Source: Lingula anatina
Lineage: Eukaryota > Animalia > Brachiopoda
DNA length: 64,000 nucleotides
Reading direction: 5' to 3'
NCBI GenBank assembly: GCA_051362555.1
Contig: CM120642.1
Location: 19,840,001 to 19,904,000 of the forward strand
Both the position numbers and the translations under genes were made by a program. Below are positions 23,578-36,635 of the stretch, piece by piece; position 1 is the first letter of the stretch, and each line of letters opens with the position of its first letter. The notes beneath the pieces were generated by a model, which was given only the letters and a program-made list of their open reading frames with translations, did not search any database and was not told where the DNA came from.

Positions 23578-26411
23578 CTCGGTGCTACTCAAGAACCTGA
23601 CAGGCACATTGATATTTCAGCAAATGGACCACCTTGAAACTAGCCATATGTTGTTCTTCATGAAAAACAAATATATCACTATAAATTGTCTCCCTTCTGT
23701 AAACTCTGAAGTTTAGTTTCTGTCAAGTCTAGGTTGGAATTAGTCAGTAGTGCTCTTAACAATAGATAAATATTATCATCACGTGCATAATTTTTATTGA
23801 ATGAGATATTAATGTTGAAACAAGTCAAAATAGGGGGAAAAGTCTATAATTCTTTGTCATGTGAAACTAGTACTCCTAAATAAATTACCTATCTGTTGTG
23901 ATTGTGTAACAGTCAGTGGTATCTAAAGGTGTTAACATTTTTATTTGCATTTCAATATCTGTGCCTTATTAAATCTATAATAAAATGCGTATGAACAGAA
24001 TATGACTTGTATTATGTTACTATATCAGCCAGAAATGAATGATCAGTTTTAAATGCTAAATCTGATGAAATATTGATAATTTTTAGCAATCATCTTTTAT
24101 TTAGTCATTTTTAGTGAGATGGCAAACAAAATTGTTACACATATTATTCTTCCAATACATTCTGTGGAAGATGTTCAAAAGACATATGTTTTAAAACAGA
24201 TTTTGCAGAGTTTAAAAATATGTGCATGATTATGAAGTCGCAAGGAAACTATATTGCATGTGTTCTTTATAAATATGAAAAAACGAGTTTACTTTTATTT
24301 GATTGTCAGTATAAAGATATGTCTTACCTTTCACTATCATTATGAAGTAGGTACCCAAATTAGTGTTTGTGAAAGTGAAATTAAAAACTACTTTTTCTTA
24401 AAGGATTTTTTTTTTCAGTCCTTTTTGTTTCACTGATTTGCTACGAATATTCTGGTGAATTTGAATTGATTATGCTCTAAAAGAATGACCGCTAATAGTG
24501 ACAAAGTTTTACAAACATGCATAATACATCAAGTTTCTGTTTTGGTGTAGCTTCACCATTCAGTTTCTCCCAGTGATTAGCATGACCTTATTGTCCAAAA
24601 CGGCATCGAATATCACTATCTGTTACGTTGATGATCTCGTCACGTTTCCGGCTATATCTCCACGTTGAGTCAATTTCTATAAAATGGCAGCTTTTGTTAC
24701 AGGGAGTGCGCTATTGGGTATTGCCTCCTCTGAATATAAAGTATTAAGACAACTACGAAATGTAAACAAACTGTACATCTTTAGAACTTTTTAATAAAAA
24801 ACAAACTCGTGTGCCATTGCTTATCCAATATGGCGGATCTACTTGACGACGATGTGGCGTCCGCGAGAATGCACGAGAAATCACGCTATTCGCTAAACAC
24901 GGGTTAGGTACAATGGGGATTAAAATTAAGCCCGGCTATCAAAACAACTTAAGGGGAACAATAGAGCAATGTTTACCCGTACGAACGTCTGGTCAAAGGG
25001 AAAATGCCGCTGTCCAATCTTTCTGTTTATTAGATCTTAGATTTACATGACCCAGTCATGTTTTTCTCATATTTTGACCCAGCAAGCTTTGCGGGTCCAT
25101 CTGTTTATCGGTTGAAGTGAGGAATGTAACGGGAACATTTGCATAAGAACATACCTATCTATGTTATCCCCGAGATTATATTATTTGTTCATGTTTTATT
25201 CTGTCATTGATAATTGTAAACTGGAAAGAAATTGCTTTTCCGCAGAATATCGTTAATTTTTATTCTAATTAACAAGTACGGCACAAGCTAGGATGGCATG
25301 GCAATTATAGAGAGTTCACTCTTCCAGCTGTTTTCAGCATATGGGAAAAACTGAACCTCCCCCCTTCCTTCAAAAAAAAAAAAAAAAAAAATGAAGGAAG
25401 TAGGGGTTAGGCCACCCGCTAACAGCATTGTCATGCCGGTACATACGTAGAATTGTATTGAGAGTCCTGCAATGCATTGACCTTGCCTTTGGAATCAGAC
25501 AAGCTAAATAAGATGCACTACCGTTGTCAAATAATTGCTTATTGTGGATCACAGCTTACAATAACTGTTGCATGGTGGGGGCCTCTTTGCAACCCCACAA
25601 ACGAAATTTGTGCAAAATTGCTTGAAAATGATAACTTGTGCTGACTCGTCTCATCATTATTTTTAGAATGATGAGTCTTAGTTAATATTTCATATTTAAT
25701 TTTTATCCCTAAGGCCATAACATTTAATGCAGGCAACAATTTGCCACATTGTTATTATTGTTAAAATTATTAGGATAGTGAGTTTATTTAATAAAAGCGG
25801 CCTTGTTTGGCCAAATCACGAACACCCGATAGTTTTTGTTGCATTCTCTTTTGCTATGAACGGGAATATGCAAGTTTTTGATGCACTGGGATGGAGGAGA
25901 CATAAAGAGTATTCTATAAATATTTAAAGTAAAAAGAAACCCTTGCAAGTAAAGCTTAGCAATTTCAATTATTAAAATAGGCCACTGGTATGAAATTCAT
26001 CCTTATCTAAAAGCAATGCAGAATGAAAAAATAAGTGATTAGTCTTATTCGTATTTCTTATGTTCGTCATTCTGCCAACCCCAAATGCGCCTTCCTCGGC
26101 TTCACTGAACTGAATCATGAATTCTAAGAAAAGTACACGGTTTGGCAAAACGTATTTATTTTTCTGAAAAGGAACTGTTATTATGAGTAATTTCCTCACT
26201 TTACCTTCCAAATTATTTTGTATTCGACTGACGAATCCTCAATACCTCGCTGGTTAATACATAGGGCAGGTAACAATGCTGCGAGGGGCAGATTTATACA
26301 ATAAAAGTGGGTCATGCAAAATTCAATCCTGTCGATTTTATAAACTTCCGCATTGAGTTAACAGACCTTACAAACGACAGCTACACAGAAAACATATGAC
26401 TGCGTGTCATT

Positions 26412-29400
26412 ATGGGGTTGCATGTTACCCAAGTGTTCCTTGTAATATGGTGTTATAAAGAAGTACTGCAGGTGATGGCAGCAGGTATGTTTTCATCTTT
26501 ATCCTCGTGTGGGTATACGCGCGCATGTTTTAGATAGAATATGCCGTAAAGTAAAGCAGGAATATCGTCTGTCACGCTTTCGGAAAATTTGATAAGTAAC
26601 ACGAACGTTAATGCATTCTGTTTGTATTTTACGAACATGAAGGGGTTCGATAAAAGCAGACACTAATATATGGTTGTGTATCATGTATCGTTAAATAGAG
26701 TAATCTAGTATACACGTACATTGCATGAGTAATGTTAATGTCTGCGCATTCGAGTGCACATGTTACATGATGTAGGACACAAAAAGTGTTTTAAATGACA
26801 ATATTATATGACAAAACGTCGTTTTGGATGAAGTTCTTTTCATCGCAAATTCACTGGCGGATCTAGCATTAGGAGCACAGTAGTTGTTTGTCCCTCAAAC
26901 AACTGCTGTGGTACGCCCTTCTCTCTCCTTAACCCTTAAAAAGTGAAACGAGTCAAACAAAAACCCATCATTTTTCCATCACTTCGCTCTACATATCATA
27001 GTAAAATGTCTTGATCTACTGTTACTCCCGCCGGTGTATTTACATGAACGAAGTGAGGCCAAATGTGTTATACTTGTGCTCCCCTTTTCCCTATATCCTG
27101 GTTCCACCATCTTTTCAGCACCATTCTATTAAGGTTTTTTCACGGTGGCGGTTGTAGGATAAGTACATGTCAACAAGTAAACAAGTTTTTTCTAGTCTTT
27201 TTTGTTCTCACAGCTTACCTAAAAGAGAAAATGTTTTAGATTCTATTGATTTAACATCGCCTCGTTTTCTTAATGCACAACCCGTTTCAGGTACATGTTA
27301 CCTGTGGCTATTCAGACAGCGAGATATCGGACGCTACGAAAAGACGGAACTGCTGGGGTTTTACTATAGAAATGGCACCATGAACAATATGCCAAGATAC
27401 ATGAAAACTCATAGCCAAGGCGGTACGTCTCACTTTGAGGTGGTGTACACTAAATCTCAGTGGATCATCCAGGAGGGCACGTCGGTAGTCCATGCTCGTT
27501 CAGTTCCTACTGCAGTTGATCTCATAGAAACGGAGTTGTCCTCGCCATGGCAATACTATAGGAACGGTTGGGTGAACTTCACCGGATGGTTCCATTGTTT
27601 TAGCCGAGGTAATATGACTGCGTAGATTGCTGTCAATAATAAAGCTTTTGGTCTGACCCTTGTATGGGCATGTAAACGTGTTGCCCCTTAGTATGCTTCC
27701 ATAATTACATGTAGTTTTAAGCTGATCCCTAAACTTCTGACAACTTTCAGTTCTGCACCAGATCAGTTGATAACAAACACGCTCTTGATCACTATATAGT
27801 ACACGTGTTTTCTGCCATTTTTGGGACTCGCTAAAAGGGAAATTTAGAAGGTATTATTTGTACAGGTATATGCCCTATTTTATTGGTGTGTGAAGATATC
27901 GTTATTCTTTTACTTTTCAGATATTTCACTGCCGTCTCACTTTAACTTAACAGTATATCCTGACCAAACTCCAGCACAAAATTCATATCAAACATCTACC
28001 ATCCGACAGTGTCTAGATAAAATTTCAAATGGTCAGTGTGTAAGCGTCACATGGAAGCCATATGAAAGCCTTTGTGATTGCTTCACAAGTGCAAATGTAT
28101 GTGCAATGTCATTGGACACTTTACAGCCGGGACAACTACTTTCAAGTGCCATCGCTATTCACATTGACACCGCACATTGTCGCCGAGAAGGTAATATCAA
28201 CTGTTAACGACGCTTGTAAAATTAAACTCCTCCCACCCCCGAAACACACACAAACACACACACACACACACACACAATACAGGTAATATTGGATAACTGT
28301 ACTTGTTTGATATCCTCTGAATACTTCTAAGATAATGAATTTATTTAGCCTCAATATTTCGATAGGTCAGCAGTGTACCATTCCGGTGTGTGACATTTTT
28401 TTGAGCGTGGTGCGTTTTGAGCCCAACATCTGCGTGGAAAGTGATTCAGGAATTTTGGGTGATTGGTGATTGGCCTGAATATATCTTGGCGATTGGTGAT
28501 TGAGCTGTTTTAATCTTGGTGTTTGCTGATTGTAGGGGGGGGGGGTATTCCCTACTCTATTCAAAGAGTGTAAGGTCTACATCTGATACCAAAGTTTGAC
28601 TGTGATTTACTTTGATCTGCATTAGTATCTTCCTGTAAACACTATACAGTAGGAATCAAAGAAAGACCTTATATTAGTGAAATGAAAATTGAAAATTTCA
28701 ACACTACTTAAGTGTTATCAACGCATTATTAAAAATATCTTTCAAGCCGTTGTAACTGAGTTAAATATACGTTTTCTGTAATTTTCAGTTATGGCCCTGG
28801 GGATCGGAATTGGTATTGGAGCATTTTTACTGATGTTGTTGGTTATTATAATTGCCCTGCTGTGTCTACGACGGCGCAAACGGTAAGGGTTTATTTAGTC
28901 ATTGTGTCTGATACTTGCCCACTTTTAAAAACGTTTTATTCTGTGATTACTTATTTTTGTTATATTAACATTTGTTCGTTCTTTTTACTTTTTAAATATG
29001 TACATAAACATGCATAACATCAAATTTTGATTCGTTTTCTTTTTTTACCATACAGGCGCAAAATATATTGCACACAAAAGATAATTGGTTGCCATGATTA
29101 GTTTTAATTATTTTCCATATTTTTATTATTAGAAAAAGATACACGAATCCTGCTGAAAATTTAAACCTTCCTGTAACCCGAGTAGAGAATGACTACTCTC
29201 CTTATCAACTTGCAACAGATTCAAATGTGGATATTGCAGTGCATCAAAGTGGCCGGCTAGGTGAAGAACCTTCCGAACAACAAAGCAACATGATTCCTTG
29301 CTTTAAAGAGACCATGGAACCAGCAGACACTAACGTCTACCTTGTTTCGAATGGTATGTACGCTTCTACGGGGGAGAGGGTGCGTAATGGTCAGCATAAC

Positions 29401-29475
29401 AACTCAGATCAGAAAGAAACTGCCGGTTTGGAGGAATGTGTCATGGTTGATAACGACATTTATAGTGCAGAGTGA
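26412..29475 (+). CDS. Type I single-pass receptor, paralog A (signal, Trp/Tyr-rich domain, PAN/apple-like domain, TM, Tyr-motif tail)
   Basis: Phase-compatible exons 26412-26484 (signal-like MGLHVTQVFLVIWC), 27291-27608, 27921-28190, 28789-28882 (TM GIGIGIGAFLLMLLVIIIALLCL followed by RRRKR) and 29133-29475 (tail with NGMY and DNDIY). A broken EGF exon at 28366-28394 has to be skipped. Confidence 0.75.
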
Positions 29476-29913
29476 TTCCGGTGACAGAAAAATTGACATA
29501 GTTTACGTTTATACATCGTTCTTTTTGTACGCATTTCATGTTTTTGAATGTTTTAATCCTCACCTGTAAACTAATGGCAAAAATAAATGTCACGCGCAGA
29601 TTGCCTAGTAGCCAAAATGAACGAATTTTGGTCCACAGATGCGTGCAATATGGGTAATAAGGAACAATACAATGTTTCTTCTAACGCTTTTCAATGCAAC
29701 CTGACCCCTAAAAATGACTAAATGGAGAACAAAGGGGGTGTAACAGAAAAATAAAAAAAAGTAAAAATTCCCAACATATCCCCAAAAATCTGACATGCTA
29801 GTTAAAAAAACCAAGTCTTTGTTCTTGTACATGACATATATTTCGTCTAGCCGCCCTTTGTCGATATTTTTAGCAAAATCTACATAAAAGGTTTGCTCTT
29901 ATTTTATTTTATT

Positions 29914-29952
<39 letters not shown>

Positions 29953-31314
29953 TTTTTTTTTTTTTGCAATTTCTAACTTTCCTAGATCCAAATAATACCC
30001 GTTTGTCAGTACTAGCTGTTTTTAGTCATGTGTGTGTCAAAACAGGTCAGTTGATGGGCCATACAGTGTGCGTGGGATAGCTTTGTCTTATAGTGGTTAC
30101 ATTTATTATTCCAGGGCCTAAGGTTTGGTAAGCTTTTATCCATTAGATGCCAATTTTTGAGGAATTGTTTTTATATTAAACCAATGTTAGTAAATGAGAG
30201 CTATGTCAGCACAACAAGAATTCAAGCCAATTTAATAAATTAGAAAAAAATAAATAATACATACCACTCGTTTCATCATTTCTATTTATTATACAAATGA
30301 ACAACATACAGTAGTTGAATTATTTGCCACGTAATATGTTGATTTGCTCTAATTCAAATTAACACCAAATGTGGTGCTTGTGGGGCTGCCTTTAGATGTG
30401 ATTGATCAATTAGTTCAATAACACGACTCTCTAGCACCAGCGTTGATAGACCCGTAGTATATAACACTTGATGATATAAATTAGTGAGGTTTCGCCAAAT
30501 GGAGTATATATGGTCCTTTTCATTTCGAGATGGTGTTTCTGTACAGCACCAGTTTGACTGCATGTGGCATTACATTTTACTATACGCTTCGGAGTCTTAC
30601 TCCTATTCACAAGCCCTAATGTATCGGTAAAAATCAATACGAGTTCATTTAGGTGGTTTAGGCTATATTAACCAGATCTTTAAGTTGGCAATATTTTTAT
30701 TTGCGAAGCGTGTCGATGAAATTTGGCTAGGTTCCAATTTTAATATATTTAATATAATTAAAATACCTTATTTGGGTGGTTCCCTTGGGCGAAGAACGAA
30801 CTGTGAAATGGTTATCATAATATTTTTGTATGTTCAGTTACCGGGGTACCTACAATCCGCAATGGTATCATGTTGCGACAAATACTCATGCACACATATG
30901 CATGATTCAAAATTATACATACATTTACTGTCTATAAAGATTCATCATAAAGTACATAAAACACGTGTACAACGCAACACCAAGTTAGTGTATCAAAATA
31001 AAGGGAGTCACTACATGTTTTGGATACTGGTTCAGATTATTAGGTCAGGTGTTCCCACGACTTCAACCCCTGAGATCAGATTTTTCTCTGTTACCAATTA
31101 AAATATAAAACTTTGTTGAAATATGAGTTTCTTTTACCATAGAAATAAATCTTTCTAGGTACATTGTAATAGATAGCCTCTTTTTTGTCGATAACTTCCA
31201 AAAGAATGGACAACAAGTTTCACATAATTTAAAAATTACTAATGGGCACTATAGTTGTTAAATACCAGAGAAAAAAATCTGAAGTTTGGGACAAATGCTG
31301 CTTTAATCTTCTTA

Positions 31315-34300
31315 TTACATTTTTGTCTCAGCAGTGTGTTCCTTGCTAGAACTGTGTTTAGTATATGAATTAGAAAGGGAATTGCGCCATTTCTTCTTTA
31401 GCTTCCCACATATCTTGATATTGGCGAGAGTGTATAATATCGGGTTCATGGCGGAGTTGATAGGTAAGATAAAGACCGCGACCCAACTTGAGACCTCGGG
31501 ACTAATTGGGACGCCTGCCATGCTCAAAATCCCCAGCACTGTAACTGGGGCCCAGCACAAGAAGTCGGTTATCAAAATCAGGGATATCTTTTTTAATAAC
31601 TGTACATCCCTATCTGTCTCCTCTCTCCCTGAGTGCTTGCGTGATTCGTACACATATTTCAAAATGGCGACATACGCAGAAAACATGAAAAGAAAGGCAG
31701 CAAAATTGAAAAATACGAATATTACGTAGGCGTATTCCCTGCCCCCGAACTCAACCCTGCTCAAAGTGAACGGTAAACAGACTGAGTTGTGCCCGTAAAA
31801 ATCTTTGAAATACCCCACTTCTATGAGAGGAGCTGCACTTAAAATCAGAAATAACACCCAACTAACACCAGCCATCAGTAAGCTTTTTTTCGTACCAATC
31901 TTTTTCATCTTCATGGCATAAACGATAGACACCAGTCTATCCGCCGTAATACAAACTAAGATCACCACGGACATTTCACTGGAAACCATGGACATAAACC
32001 CTGCAAATTTACACATACCACTAGACATCCATTTGACAGCATGTGAGGCATATATTCCACGGTGGATTGTATCCGCTGCGGCTATAATGATAAGGTACAC
32101 CCCCATGAAAAGATCCGCCAATGCAAGGTTCATCACCAGTATACTAGAGGCAGCAGATTCTTTCTTTCTTAGCCAATATATGAGGACGACTGCATTTCCC
32201 AAGCATGCCAAAATTCCCATAACCCAAATGGACACCTGCAGAAATTGATTTTGCAACAGGTCGGAACAGGAGGAGAACTCGTCTTTTGGTGGAAAACAAA
32301 CGTCAACTTTACCTTTTCGTTGAGCCAGGCAACAAATGCCAAATTGGTCTGCCTTTAACAAGTCTGCCTGAAATTCTAGAAATGCGTCAGGTTTAACTAG
32401 TACGTCCTTGTTACCCGTCATATCTAATTCATGTAGCCTTGGTAGACCCTTAAATGCACCGTCTGCCACGGACGACAATGTGTTAAAGCTTATGTTAAGA
32501 ATGGATAGAGTCTTTAAGCCCCTAAAAGTATTTTGGGCCAAAGTCTGGATGTTCAGGAAGCTGAGGTTCAAAACTTTCAAATTACTTAAGCCTTCAAATG
32601 CGCCAGGCTCTATATGTTGCAAGGGGTTCCCTTCAAGAATCAGGTTCTTAAGATTGACCAGTCCGGTAAAGCAATTAGCGACAAAATCCGTTATCTGATT
32701 GTAAGACAGATCCAAATCTATAACATTGTTCAAGTGTGAAAATGCACCTGGGGGAATCATTTTCAAATTATTGAAACTTATATTCAATCTAACTAATAAG
32801 AAGTGTCCATTAAATGTTTCATTGCTAAGGGAGAGATTGTTTCTTGCAAAAGCCAGTCCTCTGATATCGGGAGAGTACTTTGGTATGGAACTTAGTCCTT
32901 GCCCCGTACAGTCCAGAAAGTATCCTTTGTGCTTGCAACTACTGGGTAAGGTCGCATTTATATCACAGAAAACTTCGTCGTCATTCGAATGTATACAATT
33001 CACTACACCATTGCATACCTCACTCTGGTGCAAACACTGTCGTTCTCCTCTACACCGAAAATGACCTGGACACGTATAATTGGTGCATCTCGCCTCATCC
33101 TCGTCTTCCCCGCGAGGGCAATCTTTTTCTCCGTCGCAGACCTGTCGCAGTGGAATGCAGTATGTGTTCGAACATTTAAACATACTGGGGCATTCATACG
33201 TCTGGCACTGCTGAAGATGCTCAAAATGTCTGCACGTGTTTAATGCTTTCACTTGCTCTTTATCGTGAATGCAAGCTAAGTGTCGTGGGAAGCAACTTGT
33301 GTGGCCAGGGGTGCATCTAATTTGGTCAAGAGATGGACAGTACGTTAGGTTTATTGGTCGAGCGAATATGCCCACTCCGCAGTTGGTTTCACCCTCATTT
33401 GGCATGGCAAGCACAGGCTCGTCCTCCTGGGAGAAGCCCGGACAGTCAGGGTACCGGTCGTCGATACTTTTAGCGGGCACGCATTCACCCGTATAGCACT
33501 GGAAGCCATTGGCGCATGCGTCCAGTTGTGTTGAGTTCACTGGGGAAGAGCCGAGGTGAGAACCGTCAGGGTTTTTGAGTCCACTACTTAGATTGCATGG
33601 GGAAGCTGTGTTTTTGCATTGTCCATGAGGGCATATATTCTGTTTTTCATTGCAAGCTGGAAATAAGCACCAGTCTTCGTCACTTCCGTCTGCGCAGTCA
33701 GACACGTGATCACACACCTTACTTATAGGAATGCATGAAGCGTTCGTGCAGCGAAAGCTATCTGTACCACAAAAACAATTGAGTTCGTCCTCTCCGCGTA
33801 GACAATCATTTTCCCCGTCGCAAATGTTTCTCACAGATATACATGTCCCGTCACTACACCGGTACTGATTAGTGGAACAGTCTTGTTTTTCTGATAGCAC
33901 AGCCGTCTCGCAGAGAGCAAAAAGAGAACCTTGTGTTGTGTCAGACATGCAGTTGTTATATGGCTGTGACATAAACCATCCGGGCATTTGTCCAGGCATT
34001 GACGAGCGTGCACATGCTCCGGAAGGCAGTCGGAACCAAGGGGATTCAAAATGAGAAAACATTTTGGCATTTCTTTCGGTACCAGATCCTAAGATGGCGC
34101 TCTGGTTCACCCACTGAGTTTCTTTGGCCCAGATCCTATGATAATATTGTATAAATTCGCTACTCGAGAATGAGAAATCATCGAATATTGCCACTTCTCC
34201 CCCGATAGATTTGCACCTTTCTACTGCACTTCTAAAAGTGAGATTGTATTTACCTTCTGTGAACCAGTGGTAGGATCGGGAATACGTGAGGTATTTAGTT

Positions 34301-36635
34301 TTATCCGTCAGGGCTACATGAAGCAATCCGAAATTATCTAGTCGATACAAGTGAAAGCATCGCCCGCTGATGTACACCCATTTCTCGGGGCAGTAATGTC
34401 TTGGTGTGAAAGACTCTTTACTTTTCAGTGCACTTATATTCGTTGTTGGGACCAGAGCTATGTGGGGCAGATTCGTCGTTGGTTGGTTCAGTCCGACGTC
34501 CAAAGGATTGGCTGCTTTCTTGCAAACGGAGCTCATGCAGCAAATAGGTCGCTGGCAAGGTGTTTTAGCCCAGTTTGCCCACCGACTTTTCCCATGTGGA
34601 TGTCCTTTTTCTGGATAAAAAGGCATCATTAACGAGCACGTAAGAGTACGGTCTGGAACCGGTTGTAAAAGGTATTCCATCACAACAGCTTCAACGAAAT
34701 CGGGAATATCGTATTCATTGAATCCGTATTTCACAGGCCCGTACCATTCTGCATATGTATACGCACTCCCGTCAGTCCAGTTGAATATAGTTAACTGAAA
34801 CAAATATTGACTTTAAAACCAAAACAAAATTCGTAGGGACATATGAGAAAACAAGGGGATATAATTCATAAAACGTAAAGTTGTGTTTGAGAAAAACATG
34901 GCGTTTCATTGCGTGTGGAATGTGAGTCTAGCTGGTCTTATAACTCTTTATATACTGATACACAAATTATTTAAACAGACGTAATAAGAACTGAAAAGTC
35001 TTTGTCAATTTTACCACGTTTTGCTGGACAAATGACTTTTATATGTACACGGATGATATTTAAAAATGCCCAATATGTTTTTTCTGATGAAAACTTTGGA
35101 TGCGGTTTTCGCCAAATACTGGCGCTCTTTTATGCCGCGTGGAAGGTCCACGCTATGCAGGGGATCTAGTTCCTACTGGGTACCGCTCTCAAGGTAACCT
35201 CCTTACTTATATCTACCCACATTACCACTATTTTCAGCCTTTAATAATGTAAAAGTTAATTATCATACATGTACATATAGCAGCTCTTCTGGGTCATTCC
35301 ACAAAAATGTGTCGCTCTAAGTCAAGTGCCGCTCAAATTTGTCCTGTATTATTTGCACAATTCTGACTTACTCCGTCACATGTTGTTTTACACTATTGTT
35401 CCATCCAATGAAAGAAAGACCAATTATTAAATGAAAGAGTGATATAAAATTCTTATGCAAATGTACTCAAAATAGGTGCGTCACTGACCTGACTGAATTT
35501 TCTAACAATTGTAGCGCCGGCATTTATGTACGTATATACTTACCCCATCAGTGGATTGTAACCCAATAAAAACGCCGCTGTTTGTGTGATAGGAATCACA
35601 GACATCGTTTACATGCAGCACACCATGACTGTTCAGCAACCTGTTAAGGAAGCGCATCTCTCGTCTGCTTTGGATACTGACAAGATGGGCGTTCTCCTCT
35701 ACACAGTCGCGTTCTGCTTTCTGCCAAGTCAAGGGCGCAGAATATCTTTTAAATGAGTAACAAAAACCTTCAAAAAGTTTGTAAGCACCAGGACAAAGGC
35801 TACTCTCCATTCTCTCCCGGGGAACAGCAACGTAGTTTGCTATTATATCTCCAAAGAATCCACTACATTCTGTGAACGTAATAACCATTTGGTCCGTGTT
35901 GCCGTGAATAGAAAATATTGTCGAAGTTCTGTTCACCTGGTGTTTACCAAGAAGTTTTTCCACCCCTTCATCATTGTCATAAAAAGTAAAATCCCCGCAC
36001 GTTTCGTTTTCATGAATAGGAACTGTTACATTAATTACGTGGTCCGCAGGGGCAGTTAGGTAAAATTTACACTGAGGTATTCCGTTTGTAATACCGCTTT
36101 GTACTTTGATCCAACCCCTCAATGATTCAATGAAATGTGTGCACGGTAAAAAATCATTCATCGTGCTGATATTGAGGACATATCCAGTAAAACCTGTTGA
36201 GGGTATCTCAAAATCACTGCTGAAGATCATATCCAAGTGTCCGATTGGTTTAAAAAGTAGCATGACATTGAAGATGTTCGGATCGAAGGTTCTCATAAAT
36301 GCCCCGTGTTGGCCGCAAATGGGTCCCCATAATATTTCATTATCTTCCAAAACACGCTTCATAATCACAACGTAGTCGTTGTCACATCCTGGTGAATATT
36401 CTAAGAAAAATTGTTCAAAAAAGACTCCGACTAGATCGTGCCTTTCTTGAGATCCATTATGTAAAGGTATCGTCTGCATGAAATTCAATGGGTATAGCCC
36501 AGGACGGTGCGTGTCTTCTTGGCTTTGAAAATGGAGTCCGTTCTCTGCTAGCTGTGGACCACTAAGCTGACTTAAGCTCATTTCTGGTGAAAATACCAAT
36601 GTTGCCAGAATAAGGAAAATTATCCCAGCCGACAT
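31315..36635 (-). CDS. GRL101-like: GRL101/LGR-type GPCR, copy 1 (signal-CUB-CUB-CTLD-CTLD-LDLa x~7-LRR-7TM), ~1523 aa
   Basis: Exons 36635-35544 (start MSAGIIFLILATLV; donor GGG|GTAAGT) and 34794-31315, phase 0. CUB motif CDNDYV..GPICG; CTLD motif CYSF..LTWQKAERDC..HLVSI; LDLa motif CDGENDCLRGEDE; LRRs; hinge DEFSSCSDLL; 7TM motifs NLALAD, DR, CWAP and NPILY. Confidence 0.93.

Noticed and set aside
31334-34632. Many plus-strand ORFs inside GPCR copy 1 (and similar antisense ORFs in the ankyrin, S8 and GPCR copy 2 genes)
   Set aside because: Antisense or alternate-frame shadows of long real exons.
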